Assembly: GCA_963713855.1 (NCBI GenBank)
Contig: OY970209.1
Coordinates: forward strand, 160,001-224,000
DNA: 64,000 nt
Source: an uncultured bacterium
Lineage (GTDB): Bacteria > Babelota > Babeliae > Babelales > Babelaceae
Direction of reading: 5' to 3'
The position numbers and the translations under genes were made by a program. Positions within the stretch are counted from its first letter, which is position 1, and each line of letters starts with the position of its first letter. Shown piece after piece: positions 58,431 through 64,000 of this stretch. The notes beneath the pieces were generated by a model. It had not been told where the DNA came from, ran no database searches, and worked only from the letters and a program-made list of their open reading frames with translations.

Positions 58431-59351
58431 TTATAACTCCTTTTGGCCTTTACAATAGGCAGAAAATACCTCATCAATGACGCGTGGGCGAGGATTTTCC
58501 TTACAAAGCTCGTCTATGAGCCCAAGCGTCTCTTGATCCAGTCGTTTATCAGCTTCTGTTAACTGGCGATATATGGCCCTAACAGTATTGTTTATCGCTG
58601 ATAAATCTCTATCAAAGGCAATTTGGTACATATAACGACGCACACGAGGATATAAAAAATAGCAGGCAACAGCACTATGTACCATACCAGCCACTATTAA
58701 AACCGCTGGTGCTATCTCGTGTCTAGAAATATTCACATGCCCAAAAGTACCCACGACAGCAACTAATTCTGCTGCACCAGCGAGAAATACTAATAAGTGG
58801 CATAATATATAGGGCAGGATCCATGCTGGACCCTCGGCCTCGTATCTCCTGCTTAATTGGATAAGGTGATATAACAGGGTATGTTGAGGTAACACAGCAT
58901 CCCACTCTTCTTCTTGAGCCGCATTTGCTGGTGGAAGTAATCGATAGCGATATTCGCGTATCAAGTAATGTGATGGATCTAGTCCAGATTCTCGCATTTC
59001 TTTCATTATTTTCTGAGCCAAACTCAAACCTTGTAAAATCGTAATTTGTGCGGCTGGATTGGCAAAAAATTTCCTGAGCGCGCTAATATCAGCCTCCCTA
59101 TGCAAATTAAAAATCTGCTCTAACTCAATTCGACGTAGGTGGGCCAGCTGGGTTTCAGAAAGTCCTGTTGCCCATTGTTGGCTCAGTGCTCCTATAGGAA
59201 CTGATTGATCGGTAACTCGTGGCAGCGAAGTTGAAGGTGGTTCCCATTGTCTTCTTGAACCTGATTCATCCTCTTCCATCCCATAACTTATAAAAGAAGA
59301 TTGCAAGCTAAAAAAAATAAAGGCAAAGGCTACTATCTTAGACACATTCAT
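58431..59351 (-). CDS. Exported two-TM hypothetical protein (tandem paralogue A)
   Basis: Signal peptide followed by GMEE; two internal hydrophobic helices; homologous to 59406-60188. Confidence 0.75.
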   Translation of the reverse strand: MNVSKIVAFAFIFFSLQSSFISYGMEEDESGSRRQWEPPSTSLPRVTDQSVPIGALSQQWATGLSETQLAHLRRIELEQIFNLHREADISALRKFFANPAAQITILQGLSLAQKIMKEMRESGLDPSHYLIREYRYRLLPPANAAQEEEWDAVLPQHTLLYHLIQLSRRYEAEGPAWILPYILCHLLVFLAGAAELVAVVGTFGHVNISRHEIAPAVLIVAGMVHSAVACYFLYPRVRRYMYQIAFDRDLSAINNTVRAIYRQLTEADKRLDQETLGLIDELCKENPRPRVIDEVFSAYCKGQKEL

Positions 59352-59405
59352 ACAATACTCCTTAAAAACACATTTTTTTTCTTAAAATATATCAATGCGT
59401 TGTCG

Positions 59406-60188
59406 TCATAGATTGCATTTTTCGTCTTTACAAAACACCCCAAAAACCTCAGTTAATAAACGCGAGTTGCGGTTTTGAGCATAAAGACTTTTAATAAGCC
59501 TGATTGTCTCTTCGTCTATCTCTATATTTGAAGCTTCCATGTAACTATACAACCTTTCTATCACACCATTTATCGAGGCTAACTCTTTTTTAAAAATTGA
59601 TATTGAAAAAAGGGAAACCAAATAGGGGTATAGGTAATACCCCAACACTATCGCGCTAAAGAGTGCGCCTATTGTAAGCGGTTTGTTATTCGTTAATAAC
59701 CGTGTAATGATAGGCAGCAATGCTGAGATAACAAATGTTGCAAGGAATAAAGGAATACTACCGGGCCCTCTTTGCTCATATCGCGCACTTAACCGAACGA
59801 GATGAAATAAAATCGTATGTCCATATACTTGTTTCCATTCCTGTAGTAGGTATCGTGATGGATCTAGCTTATATTCCCTGAGTTCGCGTATTAGATGTTC
59901 TATCGCATTTAGATTTTTTTCGATATTTTTAGAGCCCCAGTGAGTAAAAAATCGTCGTACCTGCTCAATAACCCGCGCATTCCTTCGATTAAAAGAAGCT
60001 TCTGCTTCTTCTCTATCTCCATAGTCTCGAATACCTTCATTACCCTGTGTATGTCGTTGACGTAATTCTTCAAGAGAAGTTGAAGGAGGAGTCCAGACCT
60101 GCCTTGGCACCTGATCACCTCCATCATTCATTCCACAGGCTGAACTATAAAAAAGAAATACTGCGCTTAAGCATAGAAACCTGTTCAT
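59406..60188 (-). CDS. Exported two-TM hypothetical protein (tandem paralogue B)
   Basis: Signal peptide followed by GMND; shares W.PPSTSL, LDPS.YL..E, HT.L.HL..LS.RYE..GP, Y.LYP and EVF...CK with paralogue A. Confidence 0.75.
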   Translation of the reverse strand: MNRFLCLSAVFLFYSSACGMNDGGDQVPRQVWTPPSTSLEELRQRHTQGNEGIRDYGDREEAEASFNRRNARVIEQVRRFFTHWGSKNIEKNLNAIEHLIRELREYKLDPSRYLLQEWKQVYGHTILFHLVRLSARYEQRGPGSIPLFLATFVISALLPIITRLLTNNKPLTIGALFSAIVLGYYLYPYLVSLFSISIFKKELASINGVIERLYSYMEASNIEIDEETIRLIKSLYAQNRNSRLLTEVFGVFCKDEKCNL

Positions 60189-60201
60189 ATACGGTGCCTT
60201 T

Positions 60202-61410
60202 TTAGATAATTATAGTAGAAGTATCGTCACGCAGCCTTTCACGATCTTGGCTAGGTTGTGTTTCTTCCAAAGCTTTTTTTGTGGCCTTCAAGGGAAGACC
60301 TTTTATAACACACTCTTTAGTTATCTGTGTAACTGCAGGCACTTTTTGGTCATATCCGCACTCCAAGCCTGAATCATAAGAAATTGTATACCCTTCGCGC
60401 ATAAGCATATTTACGATGTTGCTTGTGTGAGCATAGCCTGCTAAAACGTAATAAAAAGCCCCATCACTCTTCAAAAGCCCCTTTATAAATGCAAGATCTA
60501 TTATTAAAAGAGTATCTCGAAACTCTCGATTAAGTTTTTTTATAAGGCCATCAAGAAGTGTAATGGTAGCAACATCAAAATCACGATAAATGCTCAAAAC
60601 AAAAGTCATATATGTCGTTGTAAAATCCGCTTTTGGGTCAAAACCAAGATAACGTTGCAGATCAATCCATGCCGCTTTGTAGTCTTCCATCGAAGAGATG
60701 AAAGCATCAGTAATGCGCACATTTTCTTTATTTTCAAAAAGAGTCAAACAGCCTCGAGCTGTCTCGATCCATCCATCAATAGCTGCAAGCACCGTACTAA
60801 ACACCTTCTCAACCGTTAAACCATGACGCACGCCCGTACGTTTACAAGCCGCCAAATCTCTTTCGCTTAAAAAAAGATAGTTACTCATATTTTGAAGGTC
60901 AAAAAGGGTCGCAAGATTAACGATAATAGCACGATCGTCTGGAAAAAGAGCACGATTATCACCTTGAAGGCTTTCAGCAAGTACCTCTAAGGTATTAGTA
61001 TCGTCATTAGCAAGAAATTGTTTCTTAATTATTAAAGCAGCGTTTTTGCATTCGTTTTTATCACTTTTGTTAAGCAAGCAACTGCAATACTTATCAGCAG
61101 CCGTCAGTTCTGCAGTTTTATCATAATAAGGATAGTGCGCTTCGATAAAAGCGCATGCGCTATCTTGTAAGCAGTTTTTATCAAAACTCTTAAGAAGTAA
61201 TTCTGTTTCTTTTAAAGCTTTTTGCGCCAAGGGCTCTTGCTTATTCGCATCAGGAATCTCATGACGAAATGCGTGTTTTACACCAATGAAAACTATCTTT
61301 TCAGGACCTTTCAACGCGGAGTCCTTTTTTAATGCTACCAAGTTTGTAATATCCGCGTTTAACAAAGAAAAAGGGATCAGGAAGATAAGCGCAACGATAA
61401 ATCTGCCCAT
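60202..61410 (-). CDS. Exported hypothetical protein, possibly EreA/ChaN/TraB-like fold
   Basis: Signal peptide ending LLNA; IVFIGVKH, FIEA and VLAGYAHTSNI motifs. Confidence 0.5.
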   Translation of the reverse strand: MGRFIVALIFLIPFSLLNADITNLVALKKDSALKGPEKIVFIGVKHAFRHEIPDANKQEPLAQKALKETELLLKSFDKNCLQDSACAFIEAHYPYYDKTAELTAADKYCSCLLNKSDKNECKNAALIIKKQFLANDDTNTLEVLAESLQGDNRALFPDDRAIIVNLATLFDLQNMSNYLFLSERDLAACKRTGVRHGLTVEKVFSTVLAAIDGWIETARGCLTLFENKENVRITDAFISSMEDYKAAWIDLQRYLGFDPKADFTTTYMTFVLSIYRDFDVATITLLDGLIKKLNREFRDTLLIIDLAFIKGLLKSDGAFYYVLAGYAHTSNIVNMLMREGYTISYDSGLECGYDQKVPAVTQITKECVIKGLPLKATKKALEETQPSQDRERLRDDTSTIII

Positions 61411-61639
61411 AAGAACACTCCTAGTCTCGTTCTATTTTTAGTGTACCAAATAGGCTTAAAATAGATAGCTAATACGGGACTTTTGTCAAACAAAGTGGGC
61501 CTGTAATTGACTTATTAGATGGTATACTTCTCCCTTTGGTAGCCTATTTGTCAAAAGAGTCAAAACTTGCTACAGTAGGAAAGAATACTAGGGAAAAGCA
61601 CCTATCGCTGTTCCGGTATTTCGAACCTAGGAGTCATAC

Positions 61640-63433
61640 ATGGCAAAAGAACTACTTAAACCTCAGCAATTTGCTAAAGCTGAGCATATATGGGATGCAG
61701 AAACCTATCGAATGAGCCCAGAAGAAGAACAAGGACTGGCTCAGCTATACGAAGGTATGTCTAGCTCCTATAAGCGTGGCAGTATTATTACTGGCACAAT
61801 CCTTTCAGTCTGCCCTGACGGGGCTCTTGTTGATATCAACTTCAAGTCTGAAGGCTTAGTACCGCTTCATGAGTTCACTGAACCAGAGCTCAAAAAGTTT
61901 GTACCTGGCGCGAAGATTGACGTGATACTTGACGAATTTGAGAACGCAGATGGAAACATCTCTGTATCATACCAAAAGGCTAAAGCCCTCAGAGCATGGG
62001 AAGCCCTTATGAAGCTTTATGCGGAAAACAAGCCAGTAGAAGGCGTTGTACTCCATAAAGTTAAAGGCGGCTTAAGTGTAGATATCGGTGTACCCGCATT
62101 CTTACCAGGGTCCCAGATCGATGTACAGCGCGTTAATGACTTTGACCATTATGTCGGTCAAACGATTACCGCTTATATTCTGAAAGTAAATCCACGTCGA
62201 GGTAACGTCATTATTTCACGCAGGAAATACCTTAACGAGCAACGATCAGAAATACGTAAAAAGATTTTGGATTCTCTCGAGGTAAATCAAGTTATTCAGG
62301 GTATGGTCAAAAACATTACCAATTACGGAGCATTTGTTGACATTGGTGGTGTCGATGGTCTTTTACATATTACCGATATGACCTGGGGACGCATTTCTCA
62401 CCCTACTGAATTACTCCGTATAGGCGATACCGTAACGGTTAAGGTGCTTTCTTTTGACAAGGTAAACGAAAAGATTTCTCTTGGCCTTAAGCAATTAGAA
62501 TCGAATCCTTGGGATACAGTAAGCGCAGATCTTCAAGTGGGCTCAAAAATCAAAGGCACTATATCAAGCATCACTGACTACGGCCTTTTTGTTGAAGTAG
62601 CAAAAGGAGTAGAAGGCCTTGTGCATATTTCTGAAGTGTCTTGGAGCGATCGCATTAGCGACCTTAATAGACATTTTAAAGTTGGACAAGAAATCGAGGC
62701 TGTCATCGTGTCTCTTGATAAAGACAATCGCCGCATGTCACTCAGCATCAAACAACTTGGAAAAAATCCTTGGGATACTGTTTCTGAAGAGTACCAAGTT
62801 GGTCAAAAACTGAGCGGAAAAATAACAAATATTACCGATTTTGGTATTTTCGTACAGGTAATACCTGGTGTTGATGGCTTAGTGCATATCTCTGACATAT
62901 CATGGACAGAGCATATTAAAAATCCGGCAGATCTTTATACCAAGGGCCAAGACGTTGACGTCATCATTACAGACATTAATAAAGCCAAGAAGAAGATTTC
63001 TTTAAGCATCAAACAGCTTGAAGAAAATCCGTGGGAAAAACTTCAAGAAACATATCCTATTGGCTCGCAAGTAGAGGGTGAAGTTACTCGCATAAGCGAA
63101 GCTGGTGCATTTGTAAGGCTTCCCACTGGAATAGAAGGGTTTATACACACTTCTGAGCTTCCTGGTGATCGGACAACGAAACTTGATGATGTCCTAAAAG
63201 TAGGTCAGAAAACCTCATTTAGAATTATCAAAGTTAACCAAGAGGAACATAAGGTAGGGCTTAGCTTACGCCCTGAAGGCGAAGAACGACGTGAGACACG
63301 CTCAACTGCCAAAGAAGCAAGATCTTCTAAAAAAGATGAATCACAAGCTCCTACGGTTAAGCCTAAATCACAGTTACAGCTTGAACTTGAAAAGCACGCT
63401 GCACGTCTTCAAGAACAAAAGCCTTCAGAGTAA
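61640..63433 (+). CDS. rpsA: 30S ribosomal protein S1
   Basis: Six S1 domains (e.g. NITNYGAFVDIGGVDGLLHITDM); AGGAG RBS. Confidence 0.99.
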   Translation: MAKELLKPQQFAKAEHIWDAETYRMSPEEEQGLAQLYEGMSSSYKRGSIITGTILSVCPDGALVDINFKSEGLVPLHEFTEPELKKFVPGAKIDVILDEFENADGNISVSYQKAKALRAWEALMKLYAENKPVEGVVLHKVKGGLSVDIGVPAFLPGSQIDVQRVNDFDHYVGQTITAYILKVNPRRGNVIISRRKYLNEQRSEIRKKILDSLEVNQVIQGMVKNITNYGAFVDIGGVDGLLHITDMTWGRISHPTELLRIGDTVTVKVLSFDKVNEKISLGLKQLESNPWDTVSADLQVGSKIKGTISSITDYGLFVEVAKGVEGLVHISEVSWSDRISDLNRHFKVGQEIEAVIVSLDKDNRRMSLSIKQLGKNPWDTVSEEYQVGQKLSGKITNITDFGIFVQVIPGVDGLVHISDISWTEHIKNPADLYTKGQDVDVIITDINKAKKKISLSIKQLEENPWEKLQETYPIGSQVEGEVTRISEAGAFVRLPTGIEGFIHTSELPGDRTTKLDDVLKVGQKTSFRIIKVNQEEHKVGLSLRPEGEERRETRSTAKEARSSKKDESQAPTVKPKSQLQLELEKHAARLQEQKPSE

Positions 63434-63445
63434 GAAAGGAACCCA

Positions 63446-63862
63446 ATGGCAGAACTCACCTGCGCTCTTATAAAGCCAGATGCTATCAAAAGCCTCGATG
63501 CGGGCACTATCATTTCGCTCATTGAACTCAATAAGTTTGCTATTGTTCGTATGCAAAAGATGCATCTTACAAGTACACAAGCAGAAGCTTTTTATGCAGT
63601 TCATAAAAGTAGGCCTTTTTTTGGTGAGCTTGTTGAATACGTCATCTCAGGTCCAATCATTGCTATGGCGCTTGAAAAAAACAACGCTATACAAGAGTGG
63701 CGCCAATTGATGGGAGCTACAGACCCGCTGCACGCAGCTCCAGGCACCATACGCAAAATGTTTGGTACCAGTATAGGAAGCAACTCTGTGCACGGATCAG
63801 ACGCTCCGGAAACAGCCCAAGTTGAGCTCAAATTCTTCTTTCCTGATCTTTTTAGAAAGTAA
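63446..63862 (+). CDS. ndk: Nucleoside diphosphate kinase
   Basis: IKPDA, FYAVH..RPFF, GATDP..A.PGTIR and NSVHGSD motifs. Confidence 0.99.
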   Translation: MAELTCALIKPDAIKSLDAGTIISLIELNKFAIVRMQKMHLTSTQAEAFYAVHKSRPFFGELVEYVISGPIIAMALEKNNAIQEWRQLMGATDPLHAAPGTIRKMFGTSIGSNSVHGSDAPETAQVELKFFFPDLFRK

Positions 63863-63870
63863 TTCTCATA

Positions 63871-63902
63871 AAAAGATGCCCGAGGTGTACTCGGGCATCT
63901 TA
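63871..63902. terminator. Bidirectional intrinsic terminator after ndk
   Basis: AAGATGCCCGAG / CTCGGGCATCTT 12-bp inverted repeat with a 5-nt loop. Confidence 0.85.
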
Positions 63903-63921
63903 ATGTTGTTCAAAGATTTAC

Positions 63922-64000
63922 TTAAAGCGCGGCTATTACACTGCTGGTATAAAACGGGAACCAGCCATTAGGCGCAGACAGTATGACATCGCTCTCGGAT
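63922..64000 (-). CDS. C-terminal end of an unidentified convergent gene
   Basis: Open frame ...SESDVILSAPNGWFPFYTSSVIAAL* ending just before the terminator; too short to identify. Confidence 0.3.
   Translation of the reverse strand, partial: SESDVILSAPNGWFPFYTSSVIAAL

Noticed and set aside
59406..59425. CaaX prenylation motif at the C-termini EKCNL, KVPCS or RKKC
   Set aside because: The Cys is not at position -4 in any of them.

Overview
This is a 64-kb bacterial chromosome segment of roughly 40% GC (by eye). Gene content and style most resemble Candidatus Dependentiae (TM6/Babeliae), obligate intracellular parasites of protists; this taxonomy is an inference and no database search was run. 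Housekeeping genes (bamD, cdsA, tgt, mraY, mnmG, lgt, dnaG-rpoD, uvrB, leuS, rpsA, ndk) and host-scavenging functions (Chlamydia-type YhhQ-Tgt queuine salvage, BrnQ, deoxynucleoside kinase) are interleaved with about 25 signal-peptide-bearing, effector-like proteins. These include ankyrin, F-box-like, degenerate RING, kinase-like, permuted papain-like, galaxin-like Cys-rich, beta-helix and TPR proteins. Three signals stand out. (1) A ~330-bp non-coding element at 332-660, between divergent gspE/pilB-like and bamD genes, is built almost entirely of nested inverted repeats: ~45-bp imperfect terminal arms enclose seven hairpins, one of them a loop-less 36-bp perfect palindrome. (2) Six putative effectors share a signal peptide followed by (G/C)-M-E/N. 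(3) Several exported proteins end in KDEL-like C-termini (HDEL, SDEL, RTEL, QKEL). Also seen are an alanine racemase homologue apparently lacking its second catalytic Tyr loop, an orphan antitoxin with a toxin stump, and a DUF4143 ATPase pseudogene. I recognised no rRNA, tRNA, CRISPR array, transposase or integrase.
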